A stretch of DNA of 64,000 nt, from NCBI GenBank assembly GCA_040218735.1, contig JAVJQW010000057.1, positions 1-64,000 of the forward strand, in the 5' to 3' direction. Origin of the DNA: Deltaproteobacteria bacterium. GTDB taxonomy: Bacteria > Myxococcota > Kuafuiibacteriia > Kuafuiibacteriales > Kuafuiibacteriaceae. Within the stretch, counting starts at the first letter, position 1. Each line of letters begins with the position of its first letter. The notes under the pieces are model-generated. The model made no database searches, was not told where the DNA came from, and saw nothing but the letters and a program-made list of their open reading frames with translations. Made by a program: the position numbers and the translations under genes. Positions 48,276-58,434 of this stretch are shown here, in pieces.

Positions 48276-48896
48276 GTGCCGCAACAAAGCGACAACTCGA
48301 ATCCTTCCCGCACCGGGACGGTCGATCTGTCGGCGGCCCAGGAAGCCATCCGGGCGCTGCTCGTCGCGCTCGGATTCGATCCGTCTGAACCGGCGCTCAG
48401 TACGACCCCGGCCCGCGCGAGCGAAGCCTTCGTCGAGGCGCTCACCCGCGGTTACGCGCAGGACCCCGTCGAAGCGCTCGGCAGGGGATTTCCGACGACC
48501 GCGAGCGGCCCGGTGATCGCGGCCGGCATACCGCTGTTGTTCGTGTGCCCGCACCACCTGATGCCGGCGCGCGGCGTGGCCCACCTCGGCTTCGTCCCGA
48601 CGGGGCGCGCGCCGGGCCTGTCGCGGATCACGCGGATGGTCGACGTGCTGTCGCGGCGCCTGGTCCTGCAGGAAGACCTGACCGAACAGCTCGCGGCGAC
48701 GTTGTCGGAAGGCCTCGACGCGAAGGCGACGATCGCGATCGTCGAAGCCCAACACGGGTGCGTCGCGCTCGAAGACTTCGCGCAGCGAGACACGTGTTTC
48801 ATGACGCGCGCGGAGCGCGGCGACGCGGCGCTCGTGCGTTCGATGGCCGACCAGATCGGTGCTAGGTTGAAGTCGTGCGGGACGTCTGCCTTCTAG
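48276..48896 (+). CDS. folE: GTP cyclohydrolase I
   Basis: TPAR, CPHHLMP, GLSRI.R, RRLVLQE, EAQHGC. Confidence 0.85.
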   Translation: MPQQSDNSNPSRTGTVDLSAAQEAIRALLVALGFDPSEPALSTTPARASEAFVEALTRGYAQDPVEALGRGFPTTASGPVIAAGIPLLFVCPHHLMPARGVAHLGFVPTGRAPGLSRITRMVDVLSRRLVLQEDLTEQLAATLSEGLDAKATIAIVEAQHGCVALEDFAQRDTCFMTRAERGDAALVRSMADQIGARLKSCGTSAF

Positions 48897-49768
48897 CGAG
48901 CGACCGGCGCGCGCGCCTGGAGATCGCCATCGCGGTCACGACCGAAGTCGGCCGCGCCGCGCAGCGCGCCCACGGCTTCGGGACGACGTCGGCGATCGGG
49001 CTCGGACGCCTCCTCACCGCCACCGGGCTCCTCGCGCTGACGTCGAAGCGCCCGGGCACGACGAGCGTGCAGATCCTCGCGAAGGGTCGCGTCGGTCAGC
49101 TCTACGCGGACGCCACGGAGAACGGCGAGGTCCGCGGCTACAGCCGTAAGCCCAAGCTGATGTACCCGCTCATCGCAAAGGACCAACGCCTGGAGCGCGC
49201 ATCGATCGGCGCGATGGTCATGCCCGGTACGGTGTCGGTCGTGCGCTCGAACGCGAAGGGTGAGTACGTGCAGAGCGCGTCCCCCCTCACGAGCGGAGAG
49301 ATCGACCGCGACGTCGAGTCGTTCATCGCGCAATCCGAGCAGATCCCCACGGTCGTCGCGTGTGAGACGCTCCTCGACGGCGAGGGCGACGTGTTCGTCG
49401 CGGGCGGCGTGCTCGTGCGCGCGATGCCCGACAGTGACCTCGAAGCGCTCTACGACCTCCGCGACCGACTCGTGGACGGCGCGCTCGCGAAGCTCCTCGT
49501 GTCGAGCGAGGACATCGCGACACTCTTCGCTGCGGTCGCGCCCGGCGCCGAGCTCGTGGAGCCCGAGACGAAGATCGTCTGGAAGTGTCGTTGTTCGTTC
49601 GAGCGGGTGCTCGGCGCGTTCGAGCTGCTCGGACCGGAAGACCTCGCGGACATGGCGTCGAAGAACGAACCCACGGGTGTGGACTGTGACTTCTGCGGCC
49701 AGCACTACGAGGTGACGTCGGCGCAGGTGATGGAGATCTTCAAGTCGAAGATTCAGGCGCACGGATGA
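48875..49768 (+). CDS. hslO: Hsp33 redox-regulated chaperone
   Basis: LGRLLT, QSEQIP, AGGVLV..MP, CRCS...CDFC zinc switch. Confidence 0.92.
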   Translation: MRDVCLLASDRRARLEIAIAVTTEVGRAAQRAHGFGTTSAIGLGRLLTATGLLALTSKRPGTTSVQILAKGRVGQLYADATENGEVRGYSRKPKLMYPLIAKDQRLERASIGAMVMPGTVSVVRSNAKGEYVQSASPLTSGEIDRDVESFIAQSEQIPTVVACETLLDGEGDVFVAGGVLVRAMPDSDLEALYDLRDRLVDGALAKLLVSSEDIATLFAAVAPGAELVEPETKIVWKCRCSFERVLGAFELLGPEDLADMASKNEPTGVDCDFCGQHYEVTSAQVMEIFKSKIQAHG

Positions 49769-52700
49769 GCTCGTTCCATCGGCGCGCGACCGGCGCGCTG
49801 CTCCTCACGTTGCTGGCGGCCCCCGTCGAGGCCGCGAACATCTACGACCCCGAGGTCCCGTACTTCACGCTCGAGACGCCGCACTTCTACGTCATGTACC
49901 CCGAGGGGTACGGGCACATCGCGCTGCGCACCGCCGAGATCGCGGAGGCGGCGCGGCCGTACCTCGTGCGTCGTTACGAGTGGGAGCCGGCGGGCCGCAT
50001 CTCGATCGTCATCAACGACCAGACCGACTACGCCAACGGCAGCGCGACGATCGTCCCGCTCAAACTCATCACCCTCTTCGTCACCGCGCCCACGCGCATC
50101 TCGGGGCTCGAGGAGTACGACGACTGGTTGTCGACGGTGCTCGTCCACGAGATGGCGCACATCTTCCACCTCGACATGGCGTACGGGCTCCCGTGGATCG
50201 GCCGGCAGATCTTCGGGAAGTACGTCGCGATGAACCAGTACTACCCGGCGTGGAGCACCGAGGGGCTCGCGGTCTACGAGGAGACGGTGTCGTCGGGCGC
50301 AGGGCGCGGGCGCAGCACTTACGTGGACATGGTCGTGCGCGCCGCCGCGCTCGAAGATCGTTTCCCGCCGATCGACCAGGGCTACCGCGGTTATCCGAAC
50401 TGGCCGTTCTCGAACGTGGCGTACTTCTTCGGCGGGCGCTTCCAGCTGTGGCTGCGTGAGAAGTTCGGGGAGGAGGCGCTCCTCGACTACCACCAGACGA
50501 ACGCCGCGAACCCCATCCCTTACGTCACGTACATCAGCGCGAAGATGAACTTCGACACGAGCCTGGAGTCGCTGTGGCTCGGCTTCGAAGACGAGATGAA
50601 GGCGAAGTCCGCGCGCGACGTCGAGCTGATCGCGTCGGCGACGATCGCGGTGAGCCAGCCGGAGCGCCTCACGCGTCACGGTGGTGAGTCGGTCGGCCCG
50701 CGGTTCACGCCGGACGGCGCGCAGATCATCTTCTCGACGTCGTCGCCGGTGGACGGTCCGCGCGTGCGCCGAATGCCGGCGGAAGGTGGCGCGGACGAAG
50801 TGCTGCTGAACGACACGCTCAGCCAGGCGATCACGTTCGGACCGAAGGGGCGCGCGTTCTACTTTCAGCAGACGGAGATCAACCAGCGCTTCTACGCGCA
50901 CAACAGCATCTACCGCTACGACCAGGACAAGGACGCCTTCGACAAGGTGAAGCTCGCGGACGCGAAGAGGGACAAGAGCTTCCTCGCGCCGTCGGGCTCG
51001 CTGCGCGCGCGCGACCCGGACGTTTCGGCGGACGGCCAACACATCGTGTTCGTGCAGACGCCGAACGGCGCGAACCGGCTCGTGTACGCGAAGCTCGACG
51101 ACGACGGCATCTCGATTCATCCCAAGGAGATCGTCCCGGCGCTTCCCGGCGTGCAGCTCGCCGCGCCGCGCTTCGCGCCCGACGGCAACACGATCGCAGT
51201 GACGCGCTACGTGAAGGGCCGGCGCGACATCGTCGTCTACGACACGTCCGGCAAGCTCGTGCGGCAGGTGACGGACGACCGCGCGCAGGACACGGACCCG
51301 ACGTTCACGGACGACGGGCGGTACCTCGTCTTCAGCTCGGATCGCTCCGGCGTCTACAACCTCTACGCGTACGAGCTCGCGACCGAGCGGCTCGTGCAGC
51401 TGACGAACCTGATCACCGGGGCGTTCCAACCCGACATCTCCCCCGACGGATCGACGATGATCTTTCGCGGGTACTCGGCGGACGGCTTCGACGTGTACCG
51501 GCTGCCGTTCGATCCGGACGCGGGCGTGGAGGTCGCGCTGGAGCCCGAGCCCGAGACGTTCCTCCCGGTGGACACCACGGCGCGGCGTTGGCCGCCGCAG
51601 AACGAAGGGGCGCCGCCCATCCCGCCCCCGGCGCCGTCAGCGGACGTGCCGATGCCGAGCACGCTCCCCGACACGTGGTCGATCCACGACTACTCGGCGC
51701 TCGATACGATCCTCCCCTTCAACGACAACTGGAACCTGTTCCCGTCGGCGGGCGCGAACGAGCGCGAGATCTTCGGATCCCTTTCGCACTTCGGCGTCGA
51801 CGCGCGGCAGACGCACTACTACGGGCTGCAGGTCACCTACGGGACGTTCACGAACTTCGTGGGCGGGTCGGCGGTCTACGTGAACGACGTGCTGGAGCCG
51901 ACGTTCACGTTCTTCGGATCGGCGGACGCGGTGACGTACCGGAACAGCTCGCTGCTGGTGGACAGCGATCCGACGCGCCCCTGTGCGTTCGGCGACGAAC
52001 CCCTGGACCTCGACGACGGGCGCCGCATCTGCAACGGCGGCAACCCGCTCGGGGTCTACGCGGAGCGGCGGCTCGCGGTCGGCGCTTCGATCGGGCTGCC
52101 GCTCCTGCAGCGGCACTTCCTGTCGATCGGGTACATCTTCGAGCGTCGCGACCCGCTCGACGCGCTCCCCGCGAACACGATCACCTCGATCCTCCCCGCC
52201 GCGGGCAACTTCGCGCGCGTGCGGCTCGGGTACACGTACGCCAACGTCCGCGCGTTCCCGCACAGCATCTCGCTCGAGCGCGGTCCGTCGTTCGGCGTGG
52301 CGCTGTCGGCGCTGTCGAAGGGGCTCGGGTCGGACTACGAGCAGTTCGTCCTCACGTCGGAGGGGCGTTACTACTGGTCGATGCCGTGGACGACGCCCGG
52401 CTTCACGAACCACGTGCTCGCGACGCGGCTCGGGCTGGGGATCGGCATCGGCCGCGATCGTGCGACGCAGTTCCGGCTCGGCGGCGTCGCGGGGGCCAGC
52501 GCGATCACCACGACCACCGAAGACTTCTACGGGCTGCGCGGGCTGGGGACCTCCGTCCTCCAGGGCAGCGGCGTCATCTCCGGATCGACCGAGTACCGCG
52601 CGCCGCTGTTTCGCGTGGACCGGGGCGTCGGCACCCTCCCCTTCACGCTCCGGGTCGTGCACGCCGCGGTGTTCACGGACTACGGCCGGGTCGTGGACGA

Positions 52701-52911
52701 CGTCGCGCGGCTGCACGAGGACTTCGGCGGTCCCTGGGCGGTCAGCGTCGGCGCCGAGGTCCGGGCCGACGTCATCCTGTTCTACGGCCTGCCGCTCACG
52801 CTGAGACTGGGGTACGGACATGTGGTGAAGACTCCGCAGCTCGACGGCGTCGACGGGGCGACGCTGCTCGCGGACAACGCCCTGTACTTCCAGATCGGCT
52901 CGACCTACTGA
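49765..52911 (+). CDS. Outer-membrane protein: HExxH peptidase-like domain, TolB-like propeller and Omp85-like barrel
   Basis: HEMAH...EGLA; PD40-like FSSDRSG and PDISPDG; LRG...EYRAPL; C-terminal YFQIGSTY. Confidence 0.85.
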   Translation: MSSFHRRATGALLLTLLAAPVEAANIYDPEVPYFTLETPHFYVMYPEGYGHIALRTAEIAEAARPYLVRRYEWEPAGRISIVINDQTDYANGSATIVPLKLITLFVTAPTRISGLEEYDDWLSTVLVHEMAHIFHLDMAYGLPWIGRQIFGKYVAMNQYYPAWSTEGLAVYEETVSSGAGRGRSTYVDMVVRAAALEDRFPPIDQGYRGYPNWPFSNVAYFFGGRFQLWLREKFGEEALLDYHQTNAANPIPYVTYISAKMNFDTSLESLWLGFEDEMKAKSARDVELIASATIAVSQPERLTRHGGESVGPRFTPDGAQIIFSTSSPVDGPRVRRMPAEGGADEVLLNDTLSQAITFGPKGRAFYFQQTEINQRFYAHNSIYRYDQDKDAFDKVKLADAKRDKSFLAPSGSLRARDPDVSADGQHIVFVQTPNGANRLVYAKLDDDGISIHPKEIVPALPGVQLAAPRFAPDGNTIAVTRYVKGRRDIVVYDTSGKLVRQVTDDRAQDTDPTFTDDGRYLVFSSDRSGVYNLYAYELATERLVQLTNLITGAFQPDISPDGSTMIFRGYSADGFDVYRLPFDPDAGVEVALEPEPETFLPVDTTARRWPPQNEGAPPIPPPAPSADVPMPSTLPDTWSIHDYSALDTILPFNDNWNLFPSAGANEREIFGSLSHFGVDARQTHYYGLQVTYGTFTNFVGGSAVYVNDVLEPTFTFFGSADAVTYRNSSLLVDSDPTRPCAFGDEPLDLDDGRRICNGGNPLGVYAERRLAVGASIGLPLLQRHFLSIGYIFERRDPLDALPANTITSILPAAGNFARVRLGYTYANVRAFPHSISLERGPSFGVALSALSKGLGSDYEQFVLTSEGRYYWSMPWTTPGFTNHVLATRLGLGIGIGRDRATQFRLGGVAGASAITTTTEDFYGLRGLGTSVLQGSGVISGSTEYRAPLFRVDRGVGTLPFTLRVVHAAVFTDYGRVVDDVARLHEDFGGPWAVSVGAEVRADVILFYGLPLTLRLGYGHVVKTPQLDGVDGATLLADNALYFQIGSTY

Positions 52912-53109
52912 GTCACCCACACACCTACATCGGCGACAAATCTGTCATCGCCGTGTAAGCGAACGTCTCGAAACGATCCGGATCCTGGGAGGATGGCGAA
53001 GGAAATTGCGGGCCAGGGGCCCCGATGTCGAGGGCACGAAGGTAGGAACCGACATTGCACCGCGCCCGGGGGCCGGGTGAAGATTCATTCGCTCGTTCGG
53101 GGAGGTCTC

Positions 53110-56100
53110 ATGGGACGAATCAACAAGCTCCAGGTGCTGGTCGCCGTGGTCGGGATCGGGTGGCCCGCCGTCGGATCCGCGCAGCTCTACCAACCGTTGG
53201 ACACCGTGCCCAAGCCGAACCTGGTGGTCGGCTTCGACACATCGGTGACGATGCGGATCAACTCGGGGTGCACGAGCTGCCACTGGTCGACGACGTCCCG
53301 TCTCGACGAGGCGAAGGCCGACATCCTGACGACCCTCCCCATCTTCGATCCCTACTTCGACTACGGCTACTTCGAGTACCGCGGTTGCGGGACGGCCCAC
53401 ACGCAGAATCATGTTCAGCCGCGGGGCGACGGCACGTCGAACCTCGGCACGATCATGGGCCTCATCGGCGGGGCCTCGGCGTGTAACAGCAAGGAGCGGC
53501 GCCTCCCCGGCGTCGCCGCCGGCACCTGCCTCACGCCCGGCTGCCTCGCGACGGACTTCCCCGTGCTGAACGCGATGGCGACCAACCAGCTCAACGGCTT
53601 CAACCCGTTCTCCCCGTTCATCCACATGGGCTGCGCCTTCAACCCGACCTCCGTGGGCAACCCGTGTCAGAGCGGCGGCACCGACGTCGACGAGACCGTG
53701 ACCCTGCAGGCGGTCGGCACCGGCGCCGGCGGCCTCGGCTGCTTCCACCACACCAACTTCGGCAGCACGAACACCTGCAACCTCGCGGGCGCGCAGGCGG
53801 CGTTCATCGCCTCGCTCGCGACCTTCAACTGGCCGCGCTGGGAGCCCAGCTCGATGGACCCGAACCGCGTCCGCGTCGAGTTCTGCAACCCGATGCGCAA
53901 CGCCGCGCAGGCGGCGTGGGCCGCGCTGCAGAGCTGCTTCGCGTCGTTCGGGGAGTCGGTCCCGCAGATCACCAACGGCGACGTGATGAGCGCGATCAAC
54001 TCCAACACGTTCTGCGACCACAACCAGATCGCGGCGACCGGCTGTCAGCCCGGCAGCCCGCTGTTCAACACGTGTGTCTGTGACGACACGATCCCCGGCT
54101 GTGAGATCGGCGCCGGCGTCTCCGCGTGCAACACGACCCTCACTTGGAAGGCGCGCCAGCAGGTCGCGGTCTGCGAGCTCCGCCGCGACACGGGCGGGAA
54201 CAGCACGTTCTACGACTTCTACCAGAGCCAGCCGGACAACGTCGTCAACGCGGGTTGCCGCGAGAACGCCGGCCTCCTCTTCACGGACGGCTACATGGGT
54301 CACACGCCGGGCACGATCGTCGAGTCGGCGCTCGCGCTGCCGCACTACATCTCGTCGAACCCGATCGGGAACCTCGCGGTGTTCCGCATCTCGAGTGTCT
54401 TCGCGAGCTCGGCGAACACGATGATGGGCGCGCTGACGAACGGCGTCCTCGGCACCGCGTACGACGCGACCAACCTCGGCAACATGCAGGAGGCCTTCGC
54501 CTCGCTGCTGAACCGCATGTACCAGGGCAACTACACCGGCGCGGCGATGACGATGGACACGTACGGCAACGTCGCGGTCACGACCTCGTTCAGCGTGCCC
54601 GGCTACCGCGGCTTCTCGCAGCCGACCGACACGTACCTCGGCTGGCCGCAGCGCGTGGCGATGCACTCCGTGAACCCGACGACCGGCGCGATCGGGCCGG
54701 CGCTGTGGGAGTCGGACTGGTCGTCGAAGGCCAGCTCGCAGCTCGGCTGTTACTCGCAGTTCTACGGCCCGAGCCAAACGCCGATCACGAACGGCAGCTG
54801 GATCACCGCCAACCGTGGCCCGGACGACGCGTTCTCGAACGGCGTCAACCGCAGCGTGAACGTCGCGGGCGGGACCTTCGAGCGTGACAACTTCGGCGGG
54901 ACGAACCCGGCGGCGCTCCGCTTCGGACGTATGTATGGCACCGCGACGACGCGGCCGGTGATCGTGGAGCGCGGCTCCTCCGACGTCGGCGGGCTCCGCT
55001 CGGCGCTCTACCGCGCGCACCTCACGGCCATCCAGAACCGCCCCCGCATGATCTACACGATGGGCGGCGGCTACGTGTACGCGATCCACGGCGGCGACGC
55101 GCAGATCACGGCGAGCAACCAGCAGCGCATCACGTACAACGCGGTCTCGGCGAACGCCGGCCGCGAGGTGTTCCGGTACTCGCCGGAGTTCGTCGACCAG
55201 GGGCGCGGTTACAGCCCGAGCGGCACGTACAACCCCGGCGCGAACTCGACCGGCAACGTGATCAGCTACGACCCGAACGTGAACCCGATCGTCCCGCAGC
55301 CGATGACGACCGGTCAGCTCACGGCCCGCGAGGTCCTGATCGACGTCCAGAACAACAACCAGCCGGTGTTCCGCACGATCCTCGTCGGCGCGCAGGGCGG
55401 CGCCGGGCGCGGCTTCTTCGCGATGGACGTCACGGACCCGTGTACGCCGGACGTGCTCGCCGAGTGGGCGCTCCCGAACGGCTCCGCGACCAACGAGCCC
55501 ATGATCTACGAGTTCCCGCGCGACCCGCTCGCGCCGGCTCCGACGAACGGCGTCTCCGAGTACTTCTCGCAGCCCGCGGTCGTCGTGACCGACGGCCTCG
55601 GCTCGACCGCGCCGCGGATCTACGCGTTCAACCCGGCCACCGGCGGCATCCTCTCCGCGCGGGCGCTCCCGGGCGGGACGGACTACCCGACCGAGCCGGT
55701 CTGCGTGGACGTCGTGGGCAACGGCTACGTCACGCACTGCTACGTCGTCGCGCAGAACGGCACGCTCGTTCGTGTCGGCATCGACGGGACGACCGGGCAG
55801 TTCACCTCCTCGACGGACATCACGCCGGCGACGGTCGACCGGTCGCAGACCTACTCGACCCGCCCCGCCGTGTTCTTCGGCGTCGACGGTGCGGTCAACG
55901 TGCTCTACGGCTCGGGCGACTTCGCCAACCTGAACAACCCGGCCGGTGGCAACGCGGTCTACAAGGCGATCGACACCGACAGCCGCCTCGCCTCGATCAG
56001 CACCGCGCCCGCGGACGCGACGCGCGCATGCGACAACGCGCTCGTGCCGAACGGCGTGTTGAACATCGGGACCGAACGTGTGCTCGCGCCGCCGATGATC

Positions 56101-56430
56101 ACGAAGGGCGTCGTCGCCTGGACGACGTACGAGCCGGGCACCAACGGCTGCATCGCCGGTCAGGGCCGCCTCTACGCCATGGACTTCGCGACCTGCCGCG
56201 ACGCGATCGACCCGACACCGGCGACACCGCAGGCGCCTGCGGGTCAGGGGGTCGGCGACGGCATCCCGACCGCCCCGGTGCTGCACAGCAAGTCGGCGTC
56301 GCTCGTCGCGTCCACCTCGGTGGTCGTCGAGGGCAGCCAGGCCACGACGGTCAACAACGTGCGCACCAAGGGCCTGCAGGCTCCGGCCGTCCGGCGCTTG
56401 TACTGGAAGCTCGAACGGCCTAACCCTTGA
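53110..56430 (+). CDS. pilY1: PilY1-like pilus adhesin (vWA-like N-terminus, Cys-rich insert, beta-propeller C-terminus)
   Basis: KPNLVVGFDTSVTM, LFTDG, TILVGAQGGAGRGFFAMDVTDP, YGSGD, TTYEP...C...GQGRLYAMD, GDGIPTAP. Confidence 0.75.
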   Translation: MGRINKLQVLVAVVGIGWPAVGSAQLYQPLDTVPKPNLVVGFDTSVTMRINSGCTSCHWSTTSRLDEAKADILTTLPIFDPYFDYGYFEYRGCGTAHTQNHVQPRGDGTSNLGTIMGLIGGASACNSKERRLPGVAAGTCLTPGCLATDFPVLNAMATNQLNGFNPFSPFIHMGCAFNPTSVGNPCQSGGTDVDETVTLQAVGTGAGGLGCFHHTNFGSTNTCNLAGAQAAFIASLATFNWPRWEPSSMDPNRVRVEFCNPMRNAAQAAWAALQSCFASFGESVPQITNGDVMSAINSNTFCDHNQIAATGCQPGSPLFNTCVCDDTIPGCEIGAGVSACNTTLTWKARQQVAVCELRRDTGGNSTFYDFYQSQPDNVVNAGCRENAGLLFTDGYMGHTPGTIVESALALPHYISSNPIGNLAVFRISSVFASSANTMMGALTNGVLGTAYDATNLGNMQEAFASLLNRMYQGNYTGAAMTMDTYGNVAVTTSFSVPGYRGFSQPTDTYLGWPQRVAMHSVNPTTGAIGPALWESDWSSKASSQLGCYSQFYGPSQTPITNGSWITANRGPDDAFSNGVNRSVNVAGGTFERDNFGGTNPAALRFGRMYGTATTRPVIVERGSSDVGGLRSALYRAHLTAIQNRPRMIYTMGGGYVYAIHGGDAQITASNQQRITYNAVSANAGREVFRYSPEFVDQGRGYSPSGTYNPGANSTGNVISYDPNVNPIVPQPMTTGQLTAREVLIDVQNNNQPVFRTILVGAQGGAGRGFFAMDVTDPCTPDVLAEWALPNGSATNEPMIYEFPRDPLAPAPTNGVSEYFSQPAVVVTDGLGSTAPRIYAFNPATGGILSARALPGGTDYPTEPVCVDVVGNGYVTHCYVVAQNGTLVRVGIDGTTGQFTSSTDITPATVDRSQTYSTRPAVFFGVDGAVNVLYGSGDFANLNNPAGGNAVYKAIDTDSRLASISTAPADATRACDNALVPNGVLNIGTERVLAPPMITKGVVAWTTYEPGTNGCIAGQGRLYAMDFATCRDAIDPTPATPQAPAGQGVGDGIPTAPVLHSKSASLVASTSVVVEGSQATTVNNVRTKGLQAPAVRRLYWKLERPNP

Positions 56431-56433
56431 TGC

Positions 56434-57558
56434 ATGGCTAAACGTCCGCGGCAGCCCGGGGATCGACTCGGGGGCGGCAACGTCCCCGAGGACGAATTCG
56501 ACGAGGGGCCGGACACCAACGTCGATGAGCGGCCGGCGGTTCAACTGTCGCCGCTCGAACCCGACGGTCACGGCGACACCACCGTCGACCAGGCCCCCAC
56601 GATCGATCCGACGACGCGCCGCCCGGTGGGCGCTCGCCTGACGCGACCGATCCGCGAACGCCAAGCACCTTCTCGACCAGCCGCGGCGCCGCCGCCGCCG
56701 CCGCCCAAGAAGCCCGACAAGAACCGACTGCGCCTCCCCCTCCCCGCGGGGATGGGCGGCGCGCCAGCCGACGACGACGCCGACACCCCCGTGCCGGCGC
56801 TCGTCAGCCCCTCCTCATCGCCGAGCGCCGCGCCGCCGCGCGAACCTTCGAAGCCGGGGTCGCCGGTACCGGTGATGCCGGGTGTCGAGCGGCGTCGCGC
56901 CCAGTGGCCGATCGTCGCGGCGGTCGCAGCGGTCGCGGTCATCGCCGTCGCGTTCCTCGTCGCCTCGGACAACACCGACGGGACGGGATCGATCGCGACG
57001 CTCGGGCCGAACGCCACGGCCGATGCTCGGCAGGCGGAGCTGCTTCGTCGTGCGCGGGAAGGCGGCAACGTCCACCCCGACGGGTCGGGCGCGACGGGAC
57101 TCTCCCGCCAGCGCCCCGTGATCAAAGGCGCCGTCGTCAGCCGCAAGACACCGTCGGTGAAGCCACGTCGGCCGGCACCGGCGCGCCCCGAAAAGCGCCC
57201 CGTCGGACAGTCGCTCCTCGGCCACGCGCCGTCGACGGACGACTACCCCAAGTACCCGGATGACGTCGCGCCGCCCGAGACACGAACGATCCTGTTGGTG
57301 CAGTCGGACCCGACCGGTGTCGTCGTGCGGCTCGACGGGATGCTGATCGGCAACACGCCAGTGATGCTCCCGCTCACCGAGGACCGCAAGGGCGGCGCGA
57401 TCGAGTACACGCTGCCCGGTCTGAAGACGAAGACCGTGAACTTCACGGTCGAGGGTCCCGGGTTGATGGAGATCTTCGAGAAGCTCGAGGTCGACGAGAT
57501 CTACATGGCGAAGAAGCGCGCGCGCGCGGCGCAGATGAAGAACAACCCGCTCGAGTAG
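56434..57558 (+). CDS. Single-pass membrane protein with a Pro-rich region and C-terminal PEGA domain
   Basis: One TM helix; VQSDPTGVVVRLDG..IGNTP. Confidence 0.8.
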   Translation: MAKRPRQPGDRLGGGNVPEDEFDEGPDTNVDERPAVQLSPLEPDGHGDTTVDQAPTIDPTTRRPVGARLTRPIRERQAPSRPAAAPPPPPPKKPDKNRLRLPLPAGMGGAPADDDADTPVPALVSPSSSPSAAPPREPSKPGSPVPVMPGVERRRAQWPIVAAVAAVAVIAVAFLVASDNTDGTGSIATLGPNATADARQAELLRRAREGGNVHPDGSGATGLSRQRPVIKGAVVSRKTPSVKPRRPAPARPEKRPVGQSLLGHAPSTDDYPKYPDDVAPPETRTILLVQSDPTGVVVRLDGMLIGNTPVMLPLTEDRKGGAIEYTLPGLKTKTVNFTVEGPGLMEIFEKLEVDEIYMAKKRARAAQMKNNPLE

Positions 57559-57565
57559 GCGTCGC

Positions 57566-58336
57566 TCAGTCGAACGCCAAGGTCACGGCGGCGGCACCGA
57601 ACAACACGCCCGACGTCGCAAACGCCGCGATCGATCCGGTGTGAAGCGCCTTCGCAGACCCGAATCGCTCCTCACCGGTCACCGGATCCGCCGCACCGAA
57701 CGCGTCACTCGACGCCGACGAGGCGAGCGCCGCGAGCGTGATCGCCGAGATCAACGCGACGGCCCCCGCCCCACCCGTCACCCAGGTCGCGGTCGGGAGG
57801 CCTTCGTCGGTGCCGGTGGTCAGGTTCGTTCGCGTGACGGGGCCCGGCCCCGGAGGCGGCGCGGCCCGGGGCCGACTGTCCGGCGTCTGATCCGCGAGCG
57901 CCGCACGCTGCTGCGAGTCGAGCGGCTGCAGGAGGTTGGGGTTGGTCTTCGGTGGGGGCGGAGGTGGCGCCGTCGTTCGCCGCCGGGTCTTGCGGACCCG
58001 GGTCTTGATGCCGAGGCGTTCGCGCACCTGCACGAACAGCGCGGTGGCCGCCTTCGACGCCCGGGCCGGCAACCTGAGGCGCGGCGCGAGGCGGAGCGCG
58101 AGCTCGAAGGAGGCGTCCGCGTCCTTCACCGAGCCAGCCTCGTGCTGGATGAGCCCGATGAACAGCCGCGCCCGACCCCGCTCCGCCCGACTGCCCTTCG
58201 CATCCAGCGCAGCCAGGAGAAACCCCAGAGCGGCTTGGTTGTTGCCGGCCTCGTACTGCTCGACGCCCGCCCGGAGGTGCTGACCGGCCGTCGCGGCGGT
58301 CAGGGTCAGTCCCAAGATCAAGGCCGCCGCGCCCAT
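57566..58336 (-). CDS. TPR protein with a C-terminal hydrophobic hairpin
   Basis: Signal peptide, TPR-like helices, Pro linker, two Gly/Ala-rich hydrophobic segments. Confidence 0.75.
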   Translation of the reverse strand: MGAAALILGLTLTAATAGQHLRAGVEQYEAGNNQAALGFLLAALDAKGSRAERGRARLFIGLIQHEAGSVKDADASFELALRLAPRLRLPARASKAATALFVQVRERLGIKTRVRKTRRRTTAPPPPPPKTNPNLLQPLDSQQRAALADQTPDSRPRAAPPPGPGPVTRTNLTTGTDEGLPTATWVTGGAGAVALISAITLAALASSASSDAFGAADPVTGEERFGSAKALHTGSIAAFATSGVLFGAAAVTLAFD

Positions 58337-58434
58337 CGGCGAAGGATAACCCAATTTGCCCCCGCGCGGCGCCCCCTCGGATCCGCCGAGCGGCGCATTG
58401 CCGCTCGTGACCCGCCTGCGCTAGGTCCTTCGCC

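Noticed and set aside
52945-56664. 1239-aa minus-strand ORF and similar long Arg/Ala-rich ORFs (e.g. 25253-28345, 17944-20064, 31137-32981)
   Set aside because: Shadow frames of well-supported genes; stop codons are rare in these frames at this GC content.
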